Assembly: GCA_027036735.1 (NCBI GenBank)
Contig: JALWDU010000017.1
Location: 1 to 52,254, forward strand
Direction: 5' to 3'
From: Aquificales bacterium
GTDB taxonomy: Bacteria; Aquificota; Aquificia; Aquificales; QOAS01
Length of the DNA: 52,254 bases
Part shown: positions 41,511 through 50,788 of the stretch, one piece after another
Layout of the letters: the number at the start of each line of letters is the position of its first letter
How positions within the stretch are numbered: position 1 is the stretch's first letter
Notes under the pieces: generated by a model
Told to the model about the DNA's origin: nothing
The model's database searches: none
Seen by the model: the letters and a program-made list of their open reading frames with translations, nothing else
Program-made: the position numbers and the translations under genes

Positions 41511-41916
41511 ACAAGAGTATGCAACAACAGCATTTAGGTTTGTAGAAGAGGTTAGGGATAAAAATTTTAAAAAAGATTACCTCTCTAGGGTAAAAAAACT
41601 TCCATCAATGATAACCCATAACGGGCTTTTGACAACTTTAACTTTTCTTTACTCCAAGGCTAAGGGAGATTTGGAAAACAAAGCGGATGGAGTGATTTTA
41701 AGGCAATTAACAGAATTCTTACAGAGTTTTGAAAAGAAAAATAGTGAGCAATATAAATCCGATAAAGAAAAAATACGAGGTTTTATAAAAGAATTAGCGG
41801 AGAAAACCGATTCTAAAGGGCTACTTCTTTACACAAAAAGGGCTCTCCAGCTCTCCCAATGGCTCAAGCGCATAGCGGAAGGAACCTTTGAGGGGGAAAC
41901 TTCAAATGAAGGTTAG
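41497..41916 (+). CDS. cmr5: Type III-B small subunit Cmr5
   Basis: YLSRVKKLPSMITHNGLLTTLTFL and WLKRIAE. Confidence 0.93.
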   Translation: MKTLKQEYATTAFRFVEEVRDKNFKKDYLSRVKKLPSMITHNGLLTTLTFLYSKAKGDLENKADGVILRQLTEFLQSFEKKNSEQYKSDKEKIRGFIKELAEKTDSKGLLLYTKRALQLSQWLKRIAEGTFEGETSNEG

Positions 41917-42865
41917 CATTAAGGAATGCGATAACTTTTCGCTTCTCTTTAACAAATTGGCGGTATTGGTTGAAATTGGAAGAGATAAGTTTTATCAAAA
42001 GGTTATAAGTAGTAATAAAGCAGAAAATCTAAAGGCTACCCTTTTAAGTAAGCTAATAGAAATTTATACTTACAAAGGAAAAAATTTTGCAAACCAATAT
42101 GTGGAAACCCTAAAAAGTGCCAACTTTGCAGTTTTGGAGTTTGAAACCCAAACCCGTTTGGTTGTGGGTATGGGAATACCCTCCTTTTTTGAAAATGGGA
42201 TAACACTTCACCACACTTACGGGGCTCCCTATATTCCCGCCTCTTCCGTTAAAGGACTTTTGAGATTTTCTTATTTAGTGGGCTGTTTGAATGTATTCCC
42301 CCTTGGAATTTCGAATTTACCGAAACCCTTTGAGTGGAAAAACGAAGATTTGGAACCGGAGGAGTTTTTAAAAATTCTTTCGGGAATCGAAAAACTCCTG
42401 GTGGAAGCGGAAAATTTTGAAAAATTCTCAAAAGGTATAAGGAACAATGAAACCCTGAAGGATTATTTGGAACTGCTCCATAACAACGAAGGGAGTTTAA
42501 AAGATTTTTACACTACTTACGTTGAACTTTTCGGAAGCCTATACCAAAAAGGTAAGGTGATTTACGCAGATGCGATTGCAACGAAATTTAAGTTTGCGGT
42601 TGATATAATGAACCCACACTTTACGGAGTATTATCAAAATCCCAAAAAGGAAATACACCTCATAGCAGATATCCACAATCCAACACCAATTCCGTTTTTG
42701 GCGGTTGATAGAGGTTCCGTTTTTAGTTTTGCGTATAAATCTGCTAAAGACTTTATGAAAAAACAACTTTTGGAGGAACTGTTAAAAGAAGGTTTAAGCT
42801 TATTCGGTATCGGGGGGAAGAAAAGGAAAGGATACGGTTTCCTTGAAAGGTCGAATTCCAGTTAA
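41906..42865 (+). CDS. cmr6: Type III-B RAMP Cmr6
   Basis: RLVVGMG, ENGITLHHTYGAPYIPASSVKG, DIMNPH, PTPIPFL and GIGGKKRKGYG. Confidence 0.95.
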   Translation: MKVSIKECDNFSLLFNKLAVLVEIGRDKFYQKVISSNKAENLKATLLSKLIEIYTYKGKNFANQYVETLKSANFAVLEFETQTRLVVGMGIPSFFENGITLHHTYGAPYIPASSVKGLLRFSYLVGCLNVFPLGISNLPKPFEWKNEDLEPEEFLKILSGIEKLLVEAENFEKFSKGIRNNETLKDYLELLHNNEGSLKDFYTTYVELFGSLYQKGKVIYADAIATKFKFAVDIMNPHFTEYYQNPKKEIHLIADIHNPTPIPFLAVDRGSVFSFAYKSAKDFMKKQLLEELLKEGLSLFGIGGKKRKGYGFLERSNSS

Positions 42866-42879
42866 ATATTACCCTCCAA

Positions 42880-43296
42880 ATGCTGGAAAGATTCACCGTT
42901 GCCCTTTTGGGGTTTTATCTCGGATTTTCCACCTTTTTCAGTTTTGTAGTTGCCCCTATCCTCTTTTCGGTTTTGGATAAATCCTCGGCTGGCGAGGTGG
43001 TGGCGAAAATATTCCCCCTCTATTTCGGTTCCGCCACCACCCTTTTGGGTCTGTCCGCCCTTCTCACCCTCAAAGGTGGGTATAAAAAGGTCGCCTACCT
43101 CCTATTGGTGGGAACTTTAATCGCCGCCTTTCAGGAGTTTTATATCCTTCCCCTTGCTGGGGAACTTAAATCCTCAAACCCTTCGGCGTTCAAGGTTTGG
43201 CATGGTATATCGATGCTCCTAAATGTGGTCGACATATTTATAGCCACCTTCGGGGTGTTTTATCTAATCAAGGTTCCCCGCAAGGGAGACGGTTAA
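42880..43296 (+). CDS. DUF4149 (TMEM205-like) membrane protein
   Basis: FVVAPILF, AGEVVAKIFPLYF and FKVWHGISMLLN with four TM segments. Confidence 0.88.
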   Translation: MLERFTVALLGFYLGFSTFFSFVVAPILFSVLDKSSAGEVVAKIFPLYFGSATTLLGLSALLTLKGGYKKVAYLLLVGTLIAAFQEFYILPLAGELKSSNPSAFKVWHGISMLLNVVDIFIATFGVFYLIKVPRKGDG

Positions 43297-43559
43297 AACA
43301 GTAACAAACGGAGGAGTTCCAAGGTTTTTTCCAATACCTCTCGGGGTGCTTTTGCTATAAACTCCGCTTGACGGGCTTTCTAATCTAAATTCCTCACTTG
43401 GTCTGCCAATATTACATCCCTAACGGGTAATCCCTCGGGAATTTTCACCTCGAATGGATAACCTTTCTCTTTCGAAGTTATAGGACAGAATATTCCCAAA
43501 CCCGTTTTGGCATTATAATCCCTTGGAGATAGACATATGGCGGGTCTCCTTCCAGCATT
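43293..43559 (-). pseudogene. mazF: MazF/PemK toxin remnant
   Basis: AGRRPAICLSPRDYNAKTGLGIFCPITSKEKGYPFEV...ILADQVRNLD*KARQAEFIAKAP. TAG (43380-43382) sits at the conserved Trp and the 5' codons are replaced by the repeat element. Confidence 0.85.
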
Positions 43560-43794
43560 AAGGCGGGTGGTTCTTTGGGAACACAAGGGGGAATAGGTAA
43601 GTTCCCTATTCTCCAACCCGCAAGGTAAAAAAAATAAAATAACAAGATTTAAAAACCTTGCGGGTCAACCTGAAACAAGGATAAGCCCCTTGTGAGGGGA
43701 TTGGGCTAACAACCCGCCTTGGTGGTGGCTATCTCCTTTTGGAGTAGCCACTGCCTAAAGTCAAGCCCCGCTGCTCATAGCGGGGTGGTTGACT
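43560..43794. mobile_element. Non-autonomous structured element copy B (IS200/IS605 omega-RNA/end-like)
   Basis: Reverse complement of 34365-34611 (about 9 mismatches in the first ~155 nt); stems more perfect than in copy A; ends AAGCCCC...GGGGTGGTTGAC. Confidence 0.65.
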
Positions 43795-43992
43795 ACCTTC
43801 CCTCTTTCCCCAATCCACTTCGCCGTGGAGATTTTTAGAGTTTATTCGGTTCGAAAGTTCGGTAAGGTCTTTTTTGATAACTATCTTTGCACCTTTAACG
43901 TTAGTTCTTACAACTTGTGGAATGGGATTCAAATAACTCCTCCGGCAGGTTTCGAAATAACTTTCCTCTTCCCTCCTAAAGGTCTGTTCCAT
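43795..43992 (-). pseudogene. mazE: MazE/AbrB antitoxin remnant
   Basis: KIVIKK..LTELSNRINSKNLHGEVDWGKREG matches the MazE C-terminus; the element interrupts it immediately after EG; N-terminus decayed. Confidence 0.7.
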
Positions 43993-44013
43993 TAAGTTTA
44001 TATAACTACCGCC

Positions 44014-44379
44014 ATGGTTGGGGAAAATATCGAAAAACTCTACGCGGTCTATTTGATACCTTTCACCTCCGACGAAAGTTATTCGCTAATTCTCATATAC
44101 AAACCCGAAGGGGAAGATTTCTTTAAAGCTCTATTTTTGACCAAGAGCCTCGAGACGGGGGAGGAAAACAAAAACCTCCTAAAGCTAGATAAAAAGGAGT
44201 TTAACGAGGAGCAGGCTCTAAAGGTATTCGACTACACGGTCAAAGACCTCTTTAGGAGGGAAATACAGAGCATAGACCCCGGGGCGAACCTATACGAAAT
44301 AAAGTTCGAAAACCCCGAAAGGGTCGATTACAACCTATCCCAGGTTAGGGAACTTCTGAAGAAATTGGAACTCGCATAG
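44014..44379 (+). CDS. Hypothetical protein (121 aa)
   Basis: Clean ORF with host-like codon use, 9 bp upstream of the next gene. Confidence 0.7.
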   Translation: MVGENIEKLYAVYLIPFTSDESYSLILIYKPEGEDFFKALFLTKSLETGEENKNLLKLDKKEFNEEQALKVFDYTVKDLFRREIQSIDPGANLYEIKFENPERVDYNLSQVRELLKKLELA

Positions 44380-44388
44380 GAAAGGACG

Positions 44389-45141
44389 ATGAATTTCGAA
44401 TTTGGGTTTTATCTAATATCGGCGCTCCTCCTGTGGTGGTGGATATACAAACCCCACCGCGAGGTTTTCAAAAAACTCGGTCTCACCTTTTTGGGGTTGG
44501 GCTTTACAGTCTTTCTCCTCGAATTGGTGGCTTCGCTATTTGAGAAAAGTCCCTCGTTAAGTATCTTCCAAATACTCGGTTCCACCGCCGTGGGTATTTT
44601 TTACTTCGTTTTGCTCCGCTTTAGGAGGTGGAATGCGGTAAAGGTTGCCCCCGTGGTGGCTTCTATAGCCTTTCTGTTCTCCCTTTTGGGTTTAAAGGTC
44701 GGTTCCTTCGAGTGGAGGGATAGGTTTGTCCTCCTCCACGTTATGGTTTCCACCTTCACATTTACCCTTTTGGTGCTATCGGCAATCTTTTCCCTTTTGA
44801 GGTTCTCCGCCGAAAGGAAACTAAAAAGGGGGGAGTTAACCCTACCCCTCGGGGTTCCGGTTCACCTCCTGGCAAAACTCGAGAGGAGTTTCTTTTTCTT
44901 CGGCTTCCTCTTTCTGACTATGGAGCTGATAATCAGCCTCATCTGGTTGAAGCTCAAATTCCAAACCTTTAGGTGGGACGAGAGAATAGTTTCGACCCTC
45001 TTACTGTGGTTTTACTATTGGCTTCTCTTCCACCTCGATAGGTTTGGCGTCGTTTGGGCGAGGCGGTGGTTTGCGGTGCTAAACCTGGTTGGCGCCTTTG
45101 CCCTGGTTTTGGCGCTAACCTTTACCCGCCACGGCTTTTAA
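44389..45141 (+). CDS. Cytochrome c assembly protein (CcsA/YpjD-like)
   Basis: Multi-TM; LLHV (conserved His), ERKLK, G(L)IW...WDERI tryptophan-rich motif. Confidence 0.8.
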   Translation: MNFEFGFYLISALLLWWWIYKPHREVFKKLGLTFLGLGFTVFLLELVASLFEKSPSLSIFQILGSTAVGIFYFVLLRFRRWNAVKVAPVVASIAFLFSLLGLKVGSFEWRDRFVLLHVMVSTFTFTLLVLSAIFSLLRFSAERKLKRGELTLPLGVPVHLLAKLERSFFFFGFLFLTMELIISLIWLKLKFQTFRWDERIVSTLLLWFYYWLLFHLDRFGVVWARRWFAVLNLVGAFALVLALTFTRHGF

Positions 45142-45197
45142 GTTTTTATTAACCCCTATCCCCCTTCGGGGGTATGGTAGGAATTTATTTTTAAACG

Positions 45198-46952
45198 ATG
45201 ACCTATATCCCGTTTGCCAGAAAATACAGACCGCAGTTTTTCCGCGAGGTGGTCGGTCAGGAAGGGGCTGTTAGAACCCTCCAAAACGCGATAAAGAGCG
45301 GTAGGGTAGCCCACGCCTACATATTTGCGGGACCCCGCGGTGTGGGTAAGACGACGATAGCCCGCATATTGGCGAAGGCTCTAAACTGCGAAAATCCCCA
45401 AAACGGGGAGCCGTGCGGCGAGTGCGAAAACTGCAAGGCTATAGCAAAGGGCAATTTCCCCGACCTAATCGAGATAGACGCCGCCTCCAACAGGGGAATA
45501 GACGATATACGGCAGCTGAAGGAGAGCGTAACCTACGCCCCCATTAAGGGGAAATACAAGGTCTACATAATCGACGAGGCGCATATGCTCACGAAAGAGG
45601 CGTTCAACGCCCTCCTGAAGACCCTCGAGGAACCGCCGCCGAGAACGGTCTTTGTCCTCTGCACCACCGAGCTGGACAAGATAATCCCCACGATTCAATC
45701 CCGCTGTCAGCGTATCATCTTTAGAAAACTCCCCGAAGGGGAAATAGTTTCCCAGCTCAAAAAGATTTGCGAAAAGGAGGGCATCAGATACACCGAGGAG
45801 GCGCTAAAGGTTATAGCCGAAGCGAGCGAGGGCTGTATGCGGGACGCCGCCTCAATACTCGACCAAGCCGCGATATACTGCGACAACGATATTACAGCCG
45901 AAAAGGTTAGGGAATTCCTCGGTATAGTCTCCCGCGCGAGGGTGGAGGAATTCGTTAAAAACCTCTCGGCGGGAAATATCGAATACTGCATTAACGAACT
46001 CCAAAAGTTGGAGGAGGAAGGCTACAACCTAACCCGCTTTTGGGAAGAAGTTCATTCGATACTCTTTGAGGCTCTCCTGAACAAAAAGCTGAACCGCCGA
46101 GAGGGTGGGATATTTGAAGACCTCGCGCGGGAACCACTCGAAAAGCTCCTCTACCTGGAGCAGATAACCAACAAAGCCCTTTCGGAGGCTAAGTTTAAGG
46201 AACCCCTTAGGGTCTTCCAACTGGCGGTTTTGAAGACCGACCTGCTGAAGGAGATTATTCCGCTCGGCGAACTCCTAAAGTTGGCCAAATACGGCTTAAC
46301 TCCTAAGACGGGGGGAGAAGGTCAAACCTCCAAAGGTGTCGGCGAAAAATCCGTCTCCAAAGCGGAGGAAAAGGTTCGGACACCCTACGAGGGGGATAAA
46401 TCGGTTTCCACCCCCAAAGGTGGAGAATTAAAACCTACTCCCCAAGGGGTTGAAAAAAGCGCCCCCCCCGAAGGGTTTGAAAGGGAAAAACATCGGGTGT
46501 TGGAACAACCGTTCCCCTCACAGGTGGGGGAAAGAGAAACCGAACGACGGGAGGAGAAACCTCAAATCCCAACAGCCAAAGGTGCGACCGAAATTAAAGC
46601 AACCTCAGAAGGTGAAAAATTGGAAGCCGCCCGGAGTGGGAAATCCGAAACGACGGATACCGCTACGGGTGTTAAGGGTAAGGTTAAACCCTCGAAGGAG
46701 TGGTTTGTTAACCGACTCGTAAAGGACGGGATAGTGGAAAAACCCTTTGTGGGTCTCCTCGCCAAGTATATAGAGGAAACCCCCGAGGGGTTGAAGGTAA
46801 AGGTTCCCTCCTCATTTGCGAAGAGTTTCCCCGAGGATTTCGAGAAACTGCAAAAGTATTACGGCAAATACGCAACCTTTGAGGTAATAGAGGAGGTGAA
46901 ACCTTCCGAAAAAAAGTTCAAAAAGCTAAAAAATACCCGCTATCTGTTTTGA
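45198..46952 (+). CDS. dnaX: DNA polymerase III subunit gamma/tau with long low-complexity linker
   Basis: ARKYRP, GPRGVGKTT, CxxC/CxxC zinc module, EIDAASN, IIDEAHML, KTLEEPP and SRC. Confidence 0.97.
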   Translation: MTYIPFARKYRPQFFREVVGQEGAVRTLQNAIKSGRVAHAYIFAGPRGVGKTTIARILAKALNCENPQNGEPCGECENCKAIAKGNFPDLIEIDAASNRGIDDIRQLKESVTYAPIKGKYKVYIIDEAHMLTKEAFNALLKTLEEPPPRTVFVLCTTELDKIIPTIQSRCQRIIFRKLPEGEIVSQLKKICEKEGIRYTEEALKVIAEASEGCMRDAASILDQAAIYCDNDITAEKVREFLGIVSRARVEEFVKNLSAGNIEYCINELQKLEEEGYNLTRFWEEVHSILFEALLNKKLNRREGGIFEDLAREPLEKLLYLEQITNKALSEAKFKEPLRVFQLAVLKTDLLKEIIPLGELLKLAKYGLTPKTGGEGQTSKGVGEKSVSKAEEKVRTPYEGDKSVSTPKGGELKPTPQGVEKSAPPEGFEREKHRVLEQPFPSQVGERETERREEKPQIPTAKGATEIKATSEGEKLEAARSGKSETTDTATGVKGKVKPSKEWFVNRLVKDGIVEKPFVGLLAKYIEETPEGLKVKVPSSFAKSFPEDFEKLQKYYGKYATFEVIEEVKPSEKKFKKLKNTRYLF

Positions 46953-47010
46953 AGGTTTTGGAATACTTCGACGGGAAGGTGGTCGCCCGCTACGAGAGGA
47001 GGAAAAAAAC

Positions 47011-47511
47011 TTAATAACAGTAATAGGCGGGGTATTTAAACCCTCCCTCGAAGAGTTTCCTCTTTATCTCCTCAAAGGTTGTCCAGACCTTTGCGCCGGC
47101 GATACCCTCCGCCTCTATCTTTACCACCGGCGGCTTGCATCCCGGTTGCAGGCGGGAAAATTTCAATATCCTCACCCCGTTTGTCCTATCCCAAAGTTGG
47201 AAAAAGGGATTGTAGGGAAGTTTCCACCCTTTGACGTAAACGGTTAGGGAGACCTTTTGAGGTTGTTTTCCCAAAAAGGTTTGATACAACCCGTCGTAGA
47301 AGGAGATAAAGTCGTCCCCCGAGAGGTCTATCCTTATATACCCTTCGCGGGTGTATTCCTTTATTACCCCCCGCAAGGTGTCCCCGTAAAAGTTTATGGA
47401 AACCTCCGTATGGGGGGGAAGAATCTTTTCTATAAGTTCCAGGTAGGGTTTCGGAAGGTTTAGCCCCTCCCCGAAGAGGAGAAGGGGAACAAGAAAAAAA
47501 AGCCACTTCAT
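47011..47511 (-). CDS. Hypothetical exported protein
   Basis: MKWLFFLVPLLLFG signal-like N-terminus; no family recognised. Confidence 0.6.
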   Translation of the reverse strand: MKWLFFLVPLLLFGEGLNLPKPYLELIEKILPPHTEVSINFYGDTLRGVIKEYTREGYIRIDLSGDDFISFYDGLYQTFLGKQPQKVSLTVYVKGWKLPYNPFFQLWDRTNGVRILKFSRLQPGCKPPVVKIEAEGIAGAKVWTTFEEIKRKLFEGGFKYPAYYCY

Positions 47512-47521
47512 GGAAGGGAAA

Positions 47522-48103
47522 TTATTCCTCCTCCCTGTGGTGGGGTAGGTCTCTCTTTAGAGCCACCTTTCCCGTTCTTATCATCTCCTTTATCCCGAAG
47601 GGTTTAACCATCTCTATAAAGTTGTTGACCGTATCCTCGTCGGCGGTCAACTCGATGGTGTAGCTGCTGTGCGACACGTCGACAATTTTCGCGCCGAATA
47701 TCTGAACCAGGCGGTAGACCTCCTCCTTAGCCCTCTGGTTTCCGAGGTTTACCTTTATGAGGAGCAGTTCCCTCTCTATGTGGGGTAGGTCGGTTAAGTC
47801 TCTAACCTTAATGGTGTTTATCAAACGTCGGAGCTGCTTTACCACCTGCTCTATTACGTGCTCGTCGCCTTCGACCACTATCGTCATACGGGAAAGTCCC
47901 TTTTCGTGGGTTTCCCCAACCGACAGGCTCTCGATGTTGTAACCCTTTCCCGCTATTAGGGTGACTATCCTAGAGAGAACGCCGTGCTCGTTTTGAACGA
48001 GGAGGTCGATTATATGTTTTCTAACTTTGCCCTTCGGGAGTTTTCTAAACTTGGGGGCGGTTACAACTTTGAGCCCCTCTTCCCTTCCTACGGTGTCCGC
48101 CAT
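47522..48103 (-). CDS. ilvN: Acetolactate synthase small (regulatory) subunit
   Basis: LVQNEHGVLSRI, GYNIESLSV, QLRRLINTIKV, ERELLLIKV and RTGKVAL. Confidence 0.96.
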   Translation of the reverse strand: MADTVGREEGLKVVTAPKFRKLPKGKVRKHIIDLLVQNEHGVLSRIVTLIAGKGYNIESLSVGETHEKGLSRMTIVVEGDEHVIEQVVKQLRRLINTIKVRDLTDLPHIERELLLIKVNLGNQRAKEEVYRLVQIFGAKIVDVSHSSYTIELTADEDTVNNFIEMVKPFGIKEMIRTGKVALKRDLPHHREEE

Positions 48104-48184
48104 AGGGATAAGTATCCAAGATTAACCGCCCCTTGCAAGGAATTTCATTCCACCGCCAAACCCCCGCGGGGAAAATAGAAGAAC

Positions 48185-49510
48185 ATGGAAACACTTTTGG
48201 CATTTCTGGTTTTTATCGGAATCCTCATTCTGGTTCACGAATTCGGACACTTCATAGTGGCTAAGGCCTTCGGCGTAAAGGTTGAAGTCTTTTCGATAGG
48301 TTTCGGACCCCCGCTGATTAGAAAAAGGTGGGGTGAAACGGTCTATCAGATAGCCCTTCTGCCGCTTGGCGGCTATGTGAAGATGTACGGGGAGGAGGAC
48401 AGCCCCGAGGCGCGCCGAGACCCCCGCTCCTTTTACGCCAAACCGCCGTGGCAGAGGATACTAATCGCCTTCGCGGGACCCCTCTTTAACTTCCTCTTCG
48501 CAATTTTGGCTTTTTGGGTGGTATACCTCTCACCCCAACCGGTTCCCAAATACATTTTCGAACCCCCCAAAGTGGGTTATGTCGAACCAAAATCCCCCGC
48601 GGCGGAGGTCGGTTTAAAAGAGGGGGACCTGATAGTGGCGGTTAACGGAGTGAAGGTCCACTCCTGGGAGCAGTTGGACGAGCTCCTGCGGGAGGATACC
48701 GGCAAAGAAGCGACCCTCACCGTTAAGAGGGACGGAAAACTTATCCAACTTAAGGTAAAACTCTCCTACGACCTCCTCAAAAAGGGTTTGGGGATACTTC
48801 CCTACCTTCCGCCGGTTGTGGGAAAGGTTGAAAAGGGTTCCCCCGCCGAGCAGGTCGGTTTAAAACCGGGAGACCGCATTTTGGAGGTAAACGGTGTAAA
48901 AGTCCATTCATGGTGGGATTTACCCCAATTGATACAGCAGTCGGGCGGAAAACCTATAAGGTTAACCGTCGAGAGGAACGGAAAGATTTTCACCCTTACG
49001 GTGGTTCCCAAAGCGGTTAAACTTCCCAACGGAAAGGTTCGCTACATACTCGGTATATCCGCACCGGTGGAGTATAAGGAGATTCACCACAGTCCGTTAG
49101 AGGCTTTAAAACTCGCCATAGACCGCACGTGGTTTCTAACCGTTATGACCGTAAAGGTGCTCTGGGGACTTATAACCGGACAGGTATCGGTTAAGACGCT
49201 CGGGGGACCCCTTGCCATAGCCGGTTTCGCCGGGGAGGCGGCGAAACTCGGAATTATTCCCTTTATAGCCGCTATGGGAACGCTATCGGTTCAGCTCGCC
49301 CTCTTCAACCTCATACCCTTACCCCTATTGGACGGGGGATTAATACTCCTATTCCTCATAGAGTGGATTACCGGAAGACCCATTCCCAACAAGGTGAAGG
49401 AGTGGTGGTTCAAAATAGGAGTCGTTATCATCGTCTCCCTAATGCTGTTTATAATTTCCCAAGACCTCATAAGGGTTTTAACCACCGGTAAATTACTCCC
49501 CTCCCCTTAA
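48185..49510 (+). CDS. rseP: RIP metalloprotease RseP
   Basis: HEFGH zinc motif, FSIGFGP, AGPLFN, two PDZ domains and NLIPLPLLDGG. Confidence 0.97.
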   Translation: METLLAFLVFIGILILVHEFGHFIVAKAFGVKVEVFSIGFGPPLIRKRWGETVYQIALLPLGGYVKMYGEEDSPEARRDPRSFYAKPPWQRILIAFAGPLFNFLFAILAFWVVYLSPQPVPKYIFEPPKVGYVEPKSPAAEVGLKEGDLIVAVNGVKVHSWEQLDELLREDTGKEATLTVKRDGKLIQLKVKLSYDLLKKGLGILPYLPPVVGKVEKGSPAEQVGLKPGDRILEVNGVKVHSWWDLPQLIQQSGGKPIRLTVERNGKIFTLTVVPKAVKLPNGKVRYILGISAPVEYKEIHHSPLEALKLAIDRTWFLTVMTVKVLWGLITGQVSVKTLGGPLAIAGFAGEAAKLGIIPFIAAMGTLSVQLALFNLIPLPLLDGGLILLFLIEWITGRPIPNKVKEWWFKIGVVIIVSLMLFIISQDLIRVLTTGKLLPSP

Positions 49511-49592
49511 GTTCTCTCTCTTTCCTTAAATAACCCTTTAGGGGGTGTTATGAATTTGAAGACCGTAAAGAGTTCAGTAATTTGCAGGAAAT

Positions 49593-50741
49593 TTAAACCA
49601 AAGCCTTTATCCTCTCTATAACCTCTTTGTGGTCTAGGTTTGTTCTGAAACCATCGCCGGAAAAGTGGGTTGGAACCCCGCTGAGGACTTTCAAAACATC
49701 TTTTTTCCTCGGAAGGGAGGGGAGTTTAAAGGCTTTCCCTAAAGCGGATAGGGTGTAAAAGCCTACCGTTTGGAGTTTGCTTTCCTCTCTTATCACCTTC
49801 AGGAGTTTTTCGGTCTCCTTTTGATACCTTATATTGGGGAGTTCTTCGAGCATACCCTCCACGTATTGTTCGTTCCAGAGTTTTCCCACCCACAGGGGTC
49901 CCGCAAAGTCTAGTTTGTGACCGCAAACGGGACAGGTTGTGTCGAGTTCCCTAAGGCGGTCGAAGGGAATTGTCCCCCTGTAGAGGCACTTATGACAATA
50001 GAGCAGATACCCTATGGAGGTCTTCATTATTTCGTCCACCCTGCGGGCTCCCCGATACCTTTTAACGAAGACCCTAAAGTGGTGTAGGTAGGAATAGCTA
50101 AAGAGCACCTCTATGGGGATATCGTATTGGAAGAAGAACTCCGCGACTTTTTTTATCAATATCCTCAGTCCCACTTCGTGGTAGAACTCGTTTTCGATGG
50201 GTTTGGCAAAGTAGCGTCTAAGACAGGTCTTCGGGTAGGTGGCGCTCAGGGGTGCCGTATCGGTCGCGGTGATGCCGGCACCCCCCCGGTGAGCGAGCGC
50301 CTTTGCAGTGGCGTCCAGAAAATCGACCGGTGTCCCGAAGGGGTCTATATCTATGTAATCGAAATATTTGGTCTTTAGCAGGAAGACGTTGGCGTCCTCG
50401 TTCCATATCTCCACCTTGGCGGGGTCTATTCGGTTCAGCTCCAAATTCCGTTTGGCGTATTTCAGAGCGTCCAGGGATATGTCGTTTATGTAGACCTTTT
50501 CCACGTTGGGGACTTCCTTGAGAATCCTTATGCTCCTAATGGCGGAGGCGGCTAAGGGTTCGGCAACCTTTATAGGTCTGTCCTTTTCCTTCACAAAGAC
50601 CCTTAGGAGTAAAACGGTTAAATCCCTGTTTACCGCCATAGCGGGGTTGTAAAAGACCTCGTTCCTCTCGGTGATGTGTTCGACAACCTTTTTGGGAACC
50701 TCTACGAGTGCCGAACCCTCTTCTATCCTAACAAGGGACAT
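49593..50741 (-). CDS. trm1: tRNA (guanine-26/27 N2)-dimethyltransferase Trm1
   Basis: VFYNPAMAVNRD, LAASAIRSIR, IDIDPFGTP, TATDTAPL, EVGLRIL, CPVCG and GPLWVGKL. Confidence 0.95.
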   Translation of the reverse strand: MSLVRIEEGSALVEVPKKVVEHITERNEVFYNPAMAVNRDLTVLLLRVFVKEKDRPIKVAEPLAASAIRSIRILKEVPNVEKVYINDISLDALKYAKRNLELNRIDPAKVEIWNEDANVFLLKTKYFDYIDIDPFGTPVDFLDATAKALAHRGGAGITATDTAPLSATYPKTCLRRYFAKPIENEFYHEVGLRILIKKVAEFFFQYDIPIEVLFSYSYLHHFRVFVKRYRGARRVDEIMKTSIGYLLYCHKCLYRGTIPFDRLRELDTTCPVCGHKLDFAGPLWVGKLWNEQYVEGMLEELPNIRYQKETEKLLKVIREESKLQTVGFYTLSALGKAFKLPSLPRKKDVLKVLSGVPTHFSGDGFRTNLDHKEVIERIKALV

Positions 50742-50788
50742 AGAAGGGAAATTCTAAACCGCACAAGGGGTTAAAATTCTTTCCCACC

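Noticed and set aside
34365-43794. Composite transposon carrying Cmr
   Set aside because: No transposase, no target-site duplication, and core genes (folK, DUF4149) lie inside; each repeat interrupts a different resident gene.
43560-43794. Group II intron or IStron identity for the structured element
   Set aside because: No domain V signature, no recognisable group I core, too short, and removing it does not restore mazE or mazF.
46453-46459. dnaX -1 frameshift site (AAAAAAG)
   Set aside because: The run is phased GAA AAA AGC, not A AAA AAG, so it is out of register for canonical -1 slippage, and I see no clear stimulatory hairpin.
49593-50741. Archaeal/eukaryal-type Trm1 in a bacterium as a novelty
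   Set aside because: Already established for Aquifex; used only as a taxonomic clue.
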